DNA from: Candidatus Pacearchaeota archaeon
Lineage (GTDB): Archaea > Nanobdellota > Nanobdellia > Pacearchaeales > GW2011-AR1
Direction of reading: 5' to 3'
Assembly: GCA_018303995.1 (NCBI GenBank)
Contig: JAGVXB010000013.1
Coordinates: 27,490-91,489 of the forward strand
Length of the DNA stretch: 64,000 nucleotides
Position numbers and translations under genes: made by a program. Positions 39,849-48,708 of the stretch are shown one piece after another (position 1 is the first letter of the stretch; each line of letters opens with the position of its first letter). A model generated the notes under the pieces. The model saw only the letters and a list, made by a program, of their open reading frames with translations, made no database searches and was not told the DNA's origin.

Positions 39849-40802
39849 ATGCCAGACATGCAAAAACTGCTTCAAACAAAAGAACGCATCATCGAAGTCA
39901 TAAAAAAGAACGGTCCTGAACTTCCTGTAAGAGTTGCCAGCGCAATAGGAAACAACAACATATTCACAGCAGCATTCATGTCCGAACTAGTCAGCGAACA
40001 AAGACTAAAAATAAGCAATATGCGAGTAGGAAGCTCTCCATTATATTATATCATAGGCCAAGAAGAACAACTTCAAAAATATATAAACCATCTAAATAAC
40101 AAAGAAAAAGAAGCATTCAATTTACTAAAACAAAACAATATATTAGAAGATGCTCAAGTAGAACCAGCAATCCGAGTCGCATTAAGGCATATCAAAGATT
40201 TTGCAACACCCATACAAATTATAGACAAAGGTCAAGAAAAGCTATTCTGGAAAATACACACACTCCCAAATGAAGAAGCAAAAGATTTCATAGAACAGAT
40301 AATAAACCCACCAATTAAAAAGCAAGAAAAAGCAGAAATAAAAGAAATAATAGAAGAAGATAAAACAAAACAAGAAATAATTAAAGAAATTCAAAAAGAA
40401 ACGATTCAAGATAAAAAAACCGAAGAGCAAGTTATCAAAACACCCGAAATCACAAAAAAAGAAAAAACCCTCAAAATAAAAGAAATAAACTCAGAATTTC
40501 TAGATAATATAAAAAAATTGCTAACAAAAAAAGAATATGAAATAACTAAAGAAATATTAGCGAAGAAAAAAGAATTCACTGGAAAAGTCAAAATGCAAAC
40601 ACCTTTAGGTATACAAGAATTCTATTTAGTTGCAAAAGACAAAAAGAAAATCGTTCTAGAAGACATAGTAAACACATTACAAAAAGCACAAGCAGAAAAA
40701 ATGCCCGCATTAATCCTATCCCCGGGAGAAATAGATAAGAAAGCCCAAGACTATTATAAAGAATGGTCTAATTTGATAAAACATCAAAAAGTTAATTTCT
40801 AA
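39849..40802 (+). CDS. Conserved hypothetical protein, N-terminal wHTH-like
   Basis: Long ORF with core-like composition; NGPELPVRVAS...VGSSPLYY. Confidence 0.75.
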   Translation: MPDMQKLLQTKERIIEVIKKNGPELPVRVASAIGNNNIFTAAFMSELVSEQRLKISNMRVGSSPLYYIIGQEEQLQKYINHLNNKEKEAFNLLKQNNILEDAQVEPAIRVALRHIKDFATPIQIIDKGQEKLFWKIHTLPNEEAKDFIEQIINPPIKKQEKAEIKEIIEEDKTKQEIIKEIQKETIQDKKTEEQVIKTPEITKKEKTLKIKEINSEFLDNIKKLLTKKEYEITKEILAKKKEFTGKVKMQTPLGIQEFYLVAKDKKKIVLEDIVNTLQKAQAEKMPALILSPGEIDKKAQDYYKEWSNLIKHQKVNF

Positions 40803-40842
40803 CTCCAAAAGCCTTTTAAACCCTCTAAACGAAAGCATTCCA

Positions 40843-41094
40843 ATGGGTAGAATAAAACAACTAATGGTAAAGAGAGCAAGTAAAGACTTGCTTACCAAGG
40901 GTCTCAATTTTGGAGAACATTTCACAGGAAACAAAACAATGCTCGGTAGCAATACAATGCCAAGCAAGAAAATAAGAAATAAAGTTGCAGGTTACCTCGC
41001 CCGTTTAAGACGAGCACAAATAAAAGTAAAAGCTGCAGAAGACTTAATATTATCGGGAAAAACTCAAGTTCCAGCAGAAACAGCTTATTCCTAA
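40843..41094 (+). CDS. rps17e: 30S ribosomal protein S17e
   Basis: MGRIKQLMVKR...SKKIRNKVAGYLAR. Confidence 0.95.
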   Translation: MGRIKQLMVKRASKDLLTKGLNFGEHFTGNKTMLGSNTMPSKKIRNKVAGYLARLRRAQIKVKAAEDLILSGKTQVPAETAYS

Positions 41095-41328
41095 TCAAAA
41101 CTTAGACAATTTCTTCTCGACATTCTTTAATCTATTATTAATCTCCATAAGCAACAGTCTTCTTTTGCGATTAAAATACATCGTAATTCCTTGAACAATA
41201 ATCCAAATTATAACTAAAAGCCCAACAGCCTGCACCCACAAACCAACCTCTCCAAGTTTTAACAAAATCTCATCAATCACAACCATATAAACCAATAGCA
41301 AGATATCTTTAAAAAAGCTCCCAAACAT
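41095..41328 (-). CDS. Small single-TM hypothetical protein (likely start MVVIDE)
   Basis: TM helix followed by a basic coiled coil. Confidence 0.6.
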   Translation of the reverse strand: MFGSFFKDILLLVYMVVIDEILLKLGEVGLWVQAVGLLVIIWIIVQGITMYFNRKRRLLLMEINNRLKNVEKKLSKF

Positions 41329-41336
41329 CTACTTTC

Positions 41337-41409
41337 GGCGCTGTAGCTCAGTGGTAGTAGCGCGTGTCTCATAAGCACGAGGTCGGGAGTTCAATTCTCC
41401 CTAGCGCCA
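41337..41409 (+). tRNA. tRNA with CAT anticodon (elongator Met or Ile2)
   Basis: Acceptor GGCGCTG/TAGCGCC, anticodon arm CGTGT-CTCATAA-GCACG, T arm GGGAG-TTCAATT-CTCCC; G1-C72, so not the initiator. Confidence 0.93.
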
Positions 41410-42085
41410 TTTTACTCCTTAAATAACTTTGATATCTGGATTCATGTTTCGGATTAATGAACCCTATAAGATTTCTAAACTCTTCAGTGTTTTTAGAACC
41501 ATTTGAAGATATGACGTAAGAATCTTTTGTTTTTCTAAAAGATTTTTCATGAACTTTAACTCTTTTTTGAGTATAGCAATTTGCAGATATGCCCTTATTA
41601 TTCAGATATTCAGATACCTTACTAAAAGCAGTAGGCAAACAAGCCGTGAAGAACATTCGAGGATACTTAGTCCCATTATTATTTACAATAGTGAGACAAC
41701 CATCTGTTGCAAACAAACCAGCTAAAACAAATCTCATTAAATCTCCATCAAAAATAGAAGGAATCAAAATATCTTTCTTTTTTCCAGAATTAAATCCAAG
41801 AGATTCGATTTTCGCAAACAATTCCTTATTGCTAACAAATATATCTCGAGCACCATATTTTTGTCTTAGTTTAACTGTAGGACTTGTGCCAGTAAAAGAA
41901 CAAAATAAAGGAACTAAAACCTCATCAAAGAATTCAGCATCATCATAATAACTTCCAGTAACTACAATCATCGAACGCTCTCTTCCTTTTGAAGTAGTGT
42001 AGCGAGAAAGACACCCATCCCCTAACAAAACACCATAAAGTAAAGCAAATTTCTGTTCACTTGTTAAAGAAGAGATATAATCCAC
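41369..42085 (-). CDS. Free-standing LAGLIDADG homing endonuclease (two motifs), convergent with and overlapping the tRNA
   Basis: LYGVLLGDGCL and FVLAGLFATDGCL motifs; IGFINPKH. Confidence 0.9.
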   Translation of the reverse strand: MDYISSLTSEQKFALLYGVLLGDGCLSRYTTSKGRERSMIVVTGSYYDDAEFFDEVLVPLFCSFTGTSPTVKLRQKYGARDIFVSNKELFAKIESLGFNSGKKKDILIPSIFDGDLMRFVLAGLFATDGCLTIVNNNGTKYPRMFFTACLPTAFSKVSEYLNNKGISANCYTQKRVKVHEKSFRKTKDSYVISSNGSKNTEEFRNLIGFINPKHESRYQSYLRSKMALGRIELPTSCL

Positions 42086-42176
42086 AATAAAAGATAGATT
42101 TGTAAAATAAATACTTTGGTTTTAATTTTCTAGTAGTCCTCAGAAATTGTCAAAAAAGTACCACATCCCATAGCCA

Positions 42177-42401
42177 TTAAAATAAATAATCGTAAGAATA
42201 AGAACCTACTTGAAGTCCTGTTAAAAGCAACTTAGCCAATTCAGATCTTTCTTCCTCATCTAATAAATCTCTTCTTTTATTAGTCAATCTAGGATTTATC
42301 TTTGCACTATCTGCAATTAGTTCAACAATCCTTTGTCTGTAAATGTCCAATTCTTTCCTATCTAATCCTTCTTCATAACTTCCTTGTTGATATTCAGGCA
42401 T
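42177..42401 (-). CDS. Small hypothetical protein
   Basis: ORF with TATA-like element upstream. Confidence 0.55.
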   Translation of the reverse strand: MPEYQQGSYEEGLDRKELDIYRQRIVELIADSAKINPRLTNKRRDLLDEEERSELAKLLLTGLQVGSYSYDYLF

Positions 42402-42433
42402 GCATTTAGAATTAATAAGAAATATAAAAAACT

Positions 42434-42730
42434 ATGCCCAAGTCAAAATCTAAGGCACCTTTCCAACAAAATACAAATTAAAACGTTTATATAATTCAAA
42501 ATCCTCCTAAAAGAAGGTTCACAAATGAACTGGAACAAGAATTAAAAAAATACAAAAGAATAGAAAGAACAATTCTTTATCTAGACATATTCATAGCACT
42601 TCTCTTAATCTTCTTTTCTCAAAAACTAATAAACACAATATTCGGCCAAGCAATATTATGGTTTGCGCTTACAATGTTAGGAATAATAGCAATATTAAGA
42701 ACATTCAAAATGATAGGTCTAAAAAACTAG
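42434..42730 (+). pseudogene. Small two-TM membrane protein with an early in-frame TAA (probably compensating poly-A indel errors)
   Basis: MPKSKSKAPFQQNTN*NVYIIQNPPKRRF...TILYLDIFIALLLIFF...ILWFALTMLGIIAIL...KN*. Confidence 0.5.
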
Positions 42731-42733
42731 AAA

Positions 42734-43099
42734 CTAAACTCGAGTCAAAAATCTCAACCCATCCCCATCCTTGCGAGGAATAACATGAATATGAGCATGC
42801 ATAACAACTTGTCCAGCAACAGCCAAATTATTCATCACTAAATTAAATCCGTCTCCAAGTTTTTTATCCAGTAAATCAGAAGCAACTTTCTTTGTAAACT
42901 CAATCATTTCATTTCCAAGTCTATTCGGAATATCTAACAAAGTAACATAGTGTTGTTTAGGGATCACGAGAGCATGCCCTTTAGCAGTTGGTTTAATATC
43001 TAAAACAGCAATAAATGAATCACTTTCCATTATCTTTTCTTGTTTAATCTCTCCACTAATAATCTTGCAAAACACGCAATTCTTATCTTGCTTAACCAT
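42734..43099 (-). CDS. HIT-family nucleotide hydrolase
   Basis: CVFCKI, GHALVIPK, HAHIHVIP. Confidence 0.95.
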   Translation of the reverse strand: MVKQDKNCVFCKIISGEIKQEKIMESDSFIAVLDIKPTAKGHALVIPKQHYVTLLDIPNRLGNEMIEFTKKVASDLLDKKLGDGFNLVMNNLAVAGQVVMHAHIHVIPRKDGDGLRFLTRV

Positions 43100-43103
43100 C
43101 TTA

Positions 43104-43907
43104 TTATTTAAAAACGCCTTTATAAAAACTCTTAGCCATCACAGCTCGATTTACTTTTTCAAGTTTTTCATTCTTCCCATTAAACAAAGAACTAAACCAA
43201 GACTTTCTTTCAGGAAGCCCAAGAACAGCACGACAAAATCTATCAACCTCGCTAGTCAAAGGAGTCCTACCTGCAAAAAGAGTAGCAGGCACTCTTTCAG
43301 ATAAAGCCATATGTTGAATATCATCATATTTTATTTTAGCAACAATTGGAATTCCAGTAGATTCCTGTATCTCCTCAAGATTAACATCATAATGTCCCCG
43401 AGACTGGTTAATAATAATCCCTTCAATAGGCCTATGACGTTGTTTAGCAAGCTGAGAAGCGCGAATAGTACAGCTTAAAGTAGGATAATCAGGAGTAGAC
43501 ACCGCAAACAAATGATCTGAAGCAATAATTGTAGCAAGCATCTCTTCATTCAATGAAGGTGAAGAATCTAAAACAACAAAATCATAATCTTTTTTCAAAT
43601 GTGCAATCTTATCTTTCAAAAGCATTGGATTAACTTCTTTATTATTTAAAAAATTTCCGGGAATTACATCTACCCCATACTGCAAATGAATAGCCGAGGA
43701 TACGGAATCGCCGTTCAAAACATCATGAATAGTCTTTTGTGGCGAAACAATATCCATATGAAGCCCTAAATTAGGAGCAGATAAATTAGCATCAATCAAA
43801 AGAACTTTCTTATGATAAGAATTAGCAAGATGAGTTGCAACAGCAGCAGAAATAGTGGTCTTTCCTACTCCGCCCTTCAAAGATATAAATCCAAGTGTCT
43901 TTCCCAT
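43104..43907 (-). CDS. minD: MinD/ParA-family ATPase
   Basis: KGGVGKTT, DANLSAPNLG, LDSSP. Confidence 0.85.
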   Translation of the reverse strand: MGKTLGFISLKGGVGKTTISAAVATHLANSYHKKVLLIDANLSAPNLGLHMDIVSPQKTIHDVLNGDSVSSAIHLQYGVDVIPGNFLNNKEVNPMLLKDKIAHLKKDYDFVVLDSSPSLNEEMLATIIASDHLFAVSTPDYPTLSCTIRASQLAKQRHRPIEGIIINQSRGHYDVNLEEIQESTGIPIVAKIKYDDIQHMALSERVPATLFAGRTPLTSEVDRFCRAVLGLPERKSWFSSLFNGKNEKLEKVNRAVMAKSFYKGVFK

Positions 43908-43908
43908 A

Positions 43909-44157
43909 TCAAGAACGTTTCATTAAACCCTTAGGATTCAACGAACGAATAACTATAAAATAAACAAAAGCACCAATCCATCCAGCAAGAACAATAACTA
44001 CAATCCAAATAATCTTTTCAGCATCATTCTTAAACTTGCGCTTAGCACAATCAACAAGCATCCAAACCCATAGAATTATAATAACGATGGCAACCAGCAT
44101 CATCGTCCCTGCAAACGCTGCAGCAAACGGCCAAAAAGCTATATCCATCATCCCCAT
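43909..44157 (-). CDS. PLDc N-terminal-domain small membrane protein
   Basis: WVWMLVDC...KIIWIVVI...IGAFVYF. Confidence 0.8.
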   Translation of the reverse strand: MGMMDIAFWPFAAAFAGTMMLVAIVIIILWVWMLVDCAKRKFKNDAEKIIWIVVIVLAGWIGAFVYFIVIRSLNPKGLMKRS

Positions 44158-44195
44158 AATATATATTGCAGAGGGTTATTTATAAACCTAATTAA

Positions 44196-44492
44196 TCACA
44201 ACTCAAAACTCCATTGCCCAACATCCATATACTCTCTAGGAACCGGTCCAACATCGACAGTTCTAACACCTCCATTAACATTGACATCTAAAAAGATATT
44301 TCCATTACAATAATAACCTCTCCTTAAATGCCTATCTAATTGCTCATTCAACTCAAGAACATAGTTCATCCTATTAGCCCTACTCACAGAAAACATCGCA
44401 TCAAAAACAATTTTTCTAAAAGCAACTAAATCCTCTTCAGAACAGTTTACAACATCTTCCAATTTAACAGCATCAGGTTTATCATAAGTCAT
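44196..44492 (-). CDS. Hypothetical protein
   Basis: ORF coupled to the glyS stop. Confidence 0.6.
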   Translation of the reverse strand: MTYDKPDAVKLEDVVNCSEEDLVAFRKIVFDAMFSVSRANRMNYVLELNEQLDRHLRRGYYCNGNIFLDVNVNGGVRTVDVGPVPREYMDVGQWSFEL

Positions 44493-46012
44493 TGTAATTT
44501 TTCTTTAATATAACTTACTAACTCGCTAATCTTCACTCTCTCTTGCTTCCCACTATCGCGATCACGGACAGTAACTGCCTTATCTTTAATAGAATCATAA
44601 TCAACAGTCACAGCAAAAGGCGTCCCAGAAATCATACTTCTCAGATATCTTTTACCTATACTCCCAGAAGCATCATAATCAACAATAAAATCCTTACTCA
44701 AATTATTATAAATCCCCTCGGCAATCTCAACCAATTCATCTTTTTTCATCAAAGGAAAAACACTAATTGAAATAGGAGCCATACTGTAAGGTATTTTAAA
44801 AACAGTCTTTCCATCGTCCTCAGATTTTTTTTCATAAAATAAATCAATAAGAGCATAAGTAGGCCTATCAGTCCCAAAAGCAATTTCTAAAATATGTGGC
44901 ACAAAACGAGTTCCATCTTCACGAATAGCCTCGAGAGCAACGCCAGATTCCTTAGAATGTTGTTTCAAATCATAATCAGTCCTATCATGAACTCCACAAA
45001 CTTCAACCCACCCATAATTATTTGTCTTAACTTCAATATCCCAAGCATCTGCAGCATAAAAAGCACGTTCATTAGGATGATGCTGTCTAATTCTCAATCT
45101 CTCAGCAGGAATTCCAAATCTTCTAAACTGCATATAAGCCAACCACAAACACCAAGCATATGCTTTAGTTGAAACTAATTTCTTTTTCAAAGCATTTTCA
45201 AGAGACATTAAAACAGGAATCTTTTCAGCATCTTGAAGAGTATAATCCCATAAAGGCAAATGTTCATTTTTCACAATTTCAAATCTATCCCAATTATCTT
45301 TTTCTTTAGGATCAATAAACAACTGCCCTTCTGCTTGAGTAAACTCACGACCTCGTAAAACACTCTGCCTAGGAGATATTTCATTTCTATATGCCTTGCC
45401 TATCTGAAAAACTCCAAACGGCAACTTCTTTCTGAAATATTGATACATTCTAACAAAAGGCAAATAAGTCACTGTAGCAGTCTCAGGACGCAATGAAGCA
45501 TCCTGTCCAGCAACTTTTGTCTTCATCATCAAACTCTGCCTCTCCAACTTATCATTAAAACGCCCTGAACAAGAAGGACAATTAATCTTTTTCTCTTTAA
45601 TAAAATCAAGCAACTTAGAATCTGAAAAACCATCCGCACTAACATCAAATTTCTCTTCAACTAGCTTATCAGCGCGAAAAACAGCATTGCACTTCGAACA
45701 ATTTATAATCCTATCAGAAAATGTTCCCAAATGTCCAGAAGCCTTCCAAACCCTATCAGGCATAATAGTAGGACCTTCTAATTCCCTAAATCCATTGAAA
45801 TTGAAAACATGTCTAACAGAATTCTCAACTTTATTTTTTAACAATTTTCCAAGAGGTCCATAAGTGTAAAAACCAGCAAGCCCCCCATATATTTCAGGTT
45901 CAGGCCCCCAAATCAAACCACTTTCTTGAACAAAACTAATAAACGCAGATTCGTCTAATTTAACTTTAGCACTATTATCAGCATCAATTTTCTTCACAAC
46001 CATATTAAACAC
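44489..46012 (-). CDS. glyS: Glycine--tRNA ligase (alpha2 type)
   Basis: EIYGGLAGFY, LRPETA, QIGKAYRNEISPR, REFTQAE, GSIGKRY. Confidence 0.96.
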   Translation of the reverse strand: MFNMVVKKIDADNSAKVKLDESAFISFVQESGLIWGPEPEIYGGLAGFYTYGPLGKLLKNKVENSVRHVFNFNGFRELEGPTIMPDRVWKASGHLGTFSDRIINCSKCNAVFRADKLVEEKFDVSADGFSDSKLLDFIKEKKINCPSCSGRFNDKLERQSLMMKTKVAGQDASLRPETATVTYLPFVRMYQYFRKKLPFGVFQIGKAYRNEISPRQSVLRGREFTQAEGQLFIDPKEKDNWDRFEIVKNEHLPLWDYTLQDAEKIPVLMSLENALKKKLVSTKAYAWCLWLAYMQFRRFGIPAERLRIRQHHPNERAFYAADAWDIEVKTNNYGWVEVCGVHDRTDYDLKQHSKESGVALEAIREDGTRFVPHILEIAFGTDRPTYALIDLFYEKKSEDDGKTVFKIPYSMAPISISVFPLMKKDELVEIAEGIYNNLSKDFIVDYDASGSIGKRYLRSMISGTPFAVTVDYDSIKDKAVTVRDRDSGKQERVKISELVSYIKEKLQ

Positions 46013-46074
46013 TACAAAATACCTACTTTAAATCTTTCGATGAACTAAAAAAGGAAAAGTATAAATATAAGATG

Positions 46075-46090
46075 TACGTATATACACGTA
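46075..46090. promoter_or_regulatory. Inverted repeat TACGT-atatac-ACGTA at the start of the RHH gene (candidate auto-operator)
   Basis: Visible palindrome overlapping the ATG. Confidence 0.45.
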
Positions 46091-46230
46091 TGGTAAGAAA
46101 GAAATTAACTCTGACAATTGACGAAAAAATATTAAGAGAATATAAGGAGTTTTGTGAAAAAGAAGGAATTAACATTTCTAAAAGAGTAGAAAAATATATG
46201 AAAAAAGACCTAAACAAAAATGAAATTTGA
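46090..46230 (+). CDS. 46-aa ribbon-helix-helix protein
   Basis: Not in the ORF track: MVRKKLTLTIDEKILREYKEFCEKEGINISKRVEKYM..., a classic RHH pattern; overlaps the LAGLIDADG start. Confidence 0.8.
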   Translation: MVRKKLTLTIDEKILREYKEFCEKEGINISKRVEKYMKKDLNKNEI

Positions 46231-46996
46231 CATCTCAAAAATAGAATTTAGTAGATATGACAAAAGAAGAGAAATAGTTTTACCTCTTAATTTAACCCCA
46301 GAATTAGCTGAACTATCTGGAATAATGCTTGGAGATGGTAACATTTACATGAAAAATAATAGATATGAAATCATGATCGCAGGCGATGCTAATGAAGATT
46401 TTGAGTACCATAATAATCATATAGCAGAATTATTCAAAAAGGTTTTTAACATAAAACCAATTACAAAATATAAATTTTCTCCAGATGGAAAAAAGTCTAT
46501 TGCAACCAAAATAGAGTCTAAAGCAATGTGTCAATTTTACACACAAATACTCAGTTTACCAAATGGAAAAAAGAAAGATATTCAAATTCCTAAAGGCATA
46601 GACGAATCTGAAGAATATATTTGTAAGTTTTTAAGAGGAGTTGCAGATACAGACTTCACAATTCGTTTCAAAAATAGAGATAAAAGAAAAAGTTATTATC
46701 CTTTAATAGAAGGTCAATTTGGAGACAGGTTGTTGGTAGAAAACTTAAAGCTATTGTTAGATAGAATAAGAATTCATTCAACATTAAATCACGGCACTAG
46801 TTACAATAAAAAAACAAAAAAGATTTATCAAAATCATAGAATTACAATTACAGGTAATAAAAATTTAGAAAAATGGATGAATCAAATAGGTTTTGCGAAC
46901 AATCGCCATCTTATTAGATATAAAGTTTGGAAAAAGTTAGGTTTCTGCCCACCACATACCAATATGGAAAAAGGCAAATTAATTCTGCTAAACTAA
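46220..46996 (+). CDS. Free-standing LAGLIDADG homing endonuclease, stop codon abutting the tRNA-Cys 3' end
   Basis: LAELSGIMLGDGNI and FLRGVADTDF motifs; IGFANNRH. Confidence 0.9.
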   Translation: MKFDISKIEFSRYDKRREIVLPLNLTPELAELSGIMLGDGNIYMKNNRYEIMIAGDANEDFEYHNNHIAELFKKVFNIKPITKYKFSPDGKKSIATKIESKAMCQFYTQILSLPNGKKKDIQIPKGIDESEEYICKFLRGVADTDFTIRFKNRDKRKSYYPLIEGQFGDRLLVENLKLLLDRIRIHSTLNHGTSYNKKTKKIYQNHRITITGNKNLEKWMNQIGFANNRHLIRYKVWKKLGFCPPHTNMEKGKLILLN

Positions 46997-47070
46997 AGCA
47001 CGGAGCAGGATTCGAACCTACGGAATACTCGGGCTGCAGCCGAGCGCGTTAACCACTTCGCCATCCGTGC
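46997..47070 (-). tRNA. tRNA-Cys(GCA)
   Basis: GCACGGA/TCCGTGC acceptor, CTCGG-CTGCAGC-CCGAG anticodon arm, GGTTCGAATCC, U discriminator. Confidence 0.93.
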
Positions 47071-47122
47071 ATAAGCAAGTATGGAGGATACTGTGAACTT
47101 CAGTTCACTCCATCCATGCGGA

Positions 47123-47214
47123 CGCGCCCGATAGGATTTGAACCTACGACCCCTTGCTAACTCCGCTTCTAAGTGTAGAAGGCAAGCGCTCTATCCAGGC
47201 TGAGCTACGGGCGC
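47123..47214 (-). tRNA. tRNA-Arg(TCT) with a 17-nt intron at 37/38 (47159..47175)
   Basis: GCGCCCG/CGGGCGC acceptor; CTTGC-CTTCTA[CACTTAGAAGCGGAGTT]A-GCAAG; BHB central helix CUUC/GGAG. Confidence 0.9.
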
Positions 47215-47246
47215 ATATAATTTTCAATAAAAATTTACTTTTAAAC

Positions 47247-48692
47247 CTATGCAGACACCCCTTGTGGATTATGACTAAATATTCTAGAATCAACAACCAC
47301 TACATCCCTCACATTTCGCACGAATTCATATCTTATCAAAGCCCTGCTGTATTTAACCGGAACATCCTTGTCCAGATCGACAACTAAACCATAAATCCTA
47401 TTACTTCTAATAACCACTCCGTAAACTCTGCCAACTTTAATTCCAGTATCTGTGTAAACTTCGAGACCATTAACTTTACTTAATAGACCATTCTCCTCAT
47501 CATTAAAAGGCTTGCGAGCAAAATATCTATAAGCCACTAATAAGACCCCTACAATAACAAAAGCCAATATAATAAAATAAATATTAAGCCCTCTAAACTC
47601 TCCGTATGTAGATCCAGCAAAACCCGTAATTCCATTACTATTTGCATTTAGTTCTCCGTTTAAAATGCTAAATTTCTGCTCTGCAAAAGCCCTCTGTAAA
47701 TTACCATATAAAACGTCAACTCTTAAAATATAATCTCCATCTACCAAATTAAACCCATCAAGAGTTTTATCATACGACAAAGATTTCTCGACCGCCTTTG
47801 TCTCTATCTGACTAAACACCTCATAACCTGTAGAATTAATAATAGAATATTTTACATGAACATCTATTTTTTCTAATCCAATTTTCTCGTCCAAATTAAT
47901 ATTAAAGTTAATATTTCCAGCAGTAAACTTAACTTTATCTAATATCAAAGCAATATCAAATAAAGATTCTGAACATTGCATCTGTTCTATAGGTTTGCTC
48001 TCATTTCCAACACAAGTACCTATATTTTTACAAGTTCTACTCTGAATATTATCTGAACAAACATTCCAAGGAGTACAATCCCAGTTATAATTACATCTTT
48101 CTATTACTCTAGTCGTCCCACCTCCGGAGCCTCCACCAGAACCAGAAGAGATCCCAGAAGAACTAGAACCATGAGAAGTCAAGTCAAAAAAGTCAACTAC
48201 GCTTGTAACGGCGCCAGTAGAATCATTAGCATAAAACACAACATCATATCTACCAACAACCGAAGGCACAGGCAAATAATTCAATGTCTGCCCGTTAACC
48301 AAATTCAATATCTGTACTTGAGAATTAGGCGACGTTACTTGAGCCCAAACAGATTGCGCATTCAATGCAGTAACAAAAAGCCCAATCGTAGAACCAACAA
48401 CGGCAGATTTAGGAGATATAGAATAAGAACTTATGCTCACCGTTCTCAAATAAGCACTTTCTTCAAAAAAACCGATATTAGCCCTAAAACTAGAACTTTC
48501 AGCACTTCTCGTCGTCCCAGCAGTTTCAGAAAGAAAAGTAGAATTATAACTATTAGAATATCCTTTTCCCGTAACCATTCCATTTCCAAACATAGAAAAA
48601 GAATAACTAGAAGAAGTTGCGTTTAAAGATGAAGAAGTTTGAATAAATAAAATCATGAAAAGTAGACTTGCAATTAAAATATTTTTTTTCAT
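47247..48692 (-). CDS. Secreted/surface protein with Gly-Ser linker, Cys-rich motif, C-terminal TM and cytoplasmic PRC-barrel
   Basis: Signal peptide; CNYNWDCTPWNVC...QSRTC; TM helix; GLEVYTDTGIKVGRV...VRNVRDVVVV. Confidence 0.8.
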   Translation of the reverse strand: MKKNILIASLLFMILFIQTSSSLNATSSSYSFSMFGNGMVTGKGYSNSYNSTFLSETAGTTRSAESSSFRANIGFFEESAYLRTVSISSYSISPKSAVVGSTIGLFVTALNAQSVWAQVTSPNSQVQILNLVNGQTLNYLPVPSVVGRYDVVFYANDSTGAVTSVVDFFDLTSHGSSSSGISSGSGGGSGGGTTRVIERCNYNWDCTPWNVCSDNIQSRTCKNIGTCVGNESKPIEQMQCSESLFDIALILDKVKFTAGNINFNINLDEKIGLEKIDVHVKYSIINSTGYEVFSQIETKAVEKSLSYDKTLDGFNLVDGDYILRVDVLYGNLQRAFAEQKFSILNGELNANSNGITGFAGSTYGEFRGLNIYFIILAFVIVGVLLVAYRYFARKPFNDEENGLLSKVNGLEVYTDTGIKVGRVYGVVIRSNRIYGLVVDLDKDVPVKYSRALIRYEFVRNVRDVVVVDSRIFSHNPQGVSA

Positions 48693-48708
48693 GTTAATAT
48701 CTCCTTAA

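Noticed and set aside
42165-42180. cccatagccatt as a possible attR copy of the tRNA(CAT) 3' end (ccctagcgccatt)
   Set aside because: The match is too short and gapped, and no integrase is present.
42479-42481. In-frame TAA as evidence of stop-codon recoding
   Set aside because: TAA, TAG and TGA all end conserved genes normally in this window; compensating poly-A indels explain it more simply.
46023-46238. 71-aa minus-strand ORF
   Set aside because: It is the antisense shadow of the + strand RHH gene at 46090..46230.
41369-46996. LAGLIDADG ORFs as inteins or as intron-encoded proteins
   Set aside because: There are no Hint-domain termini (N-terminal C/S, C-terminal HN) and no interrupted host gene or rRNA; the adjacent tRNAs are intact and on the opposite strand.
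47154-47387. 77-aa ORF on the + strand
   Set aside because: It lies antisense to tRNA-Arg and the 481-aa gene.
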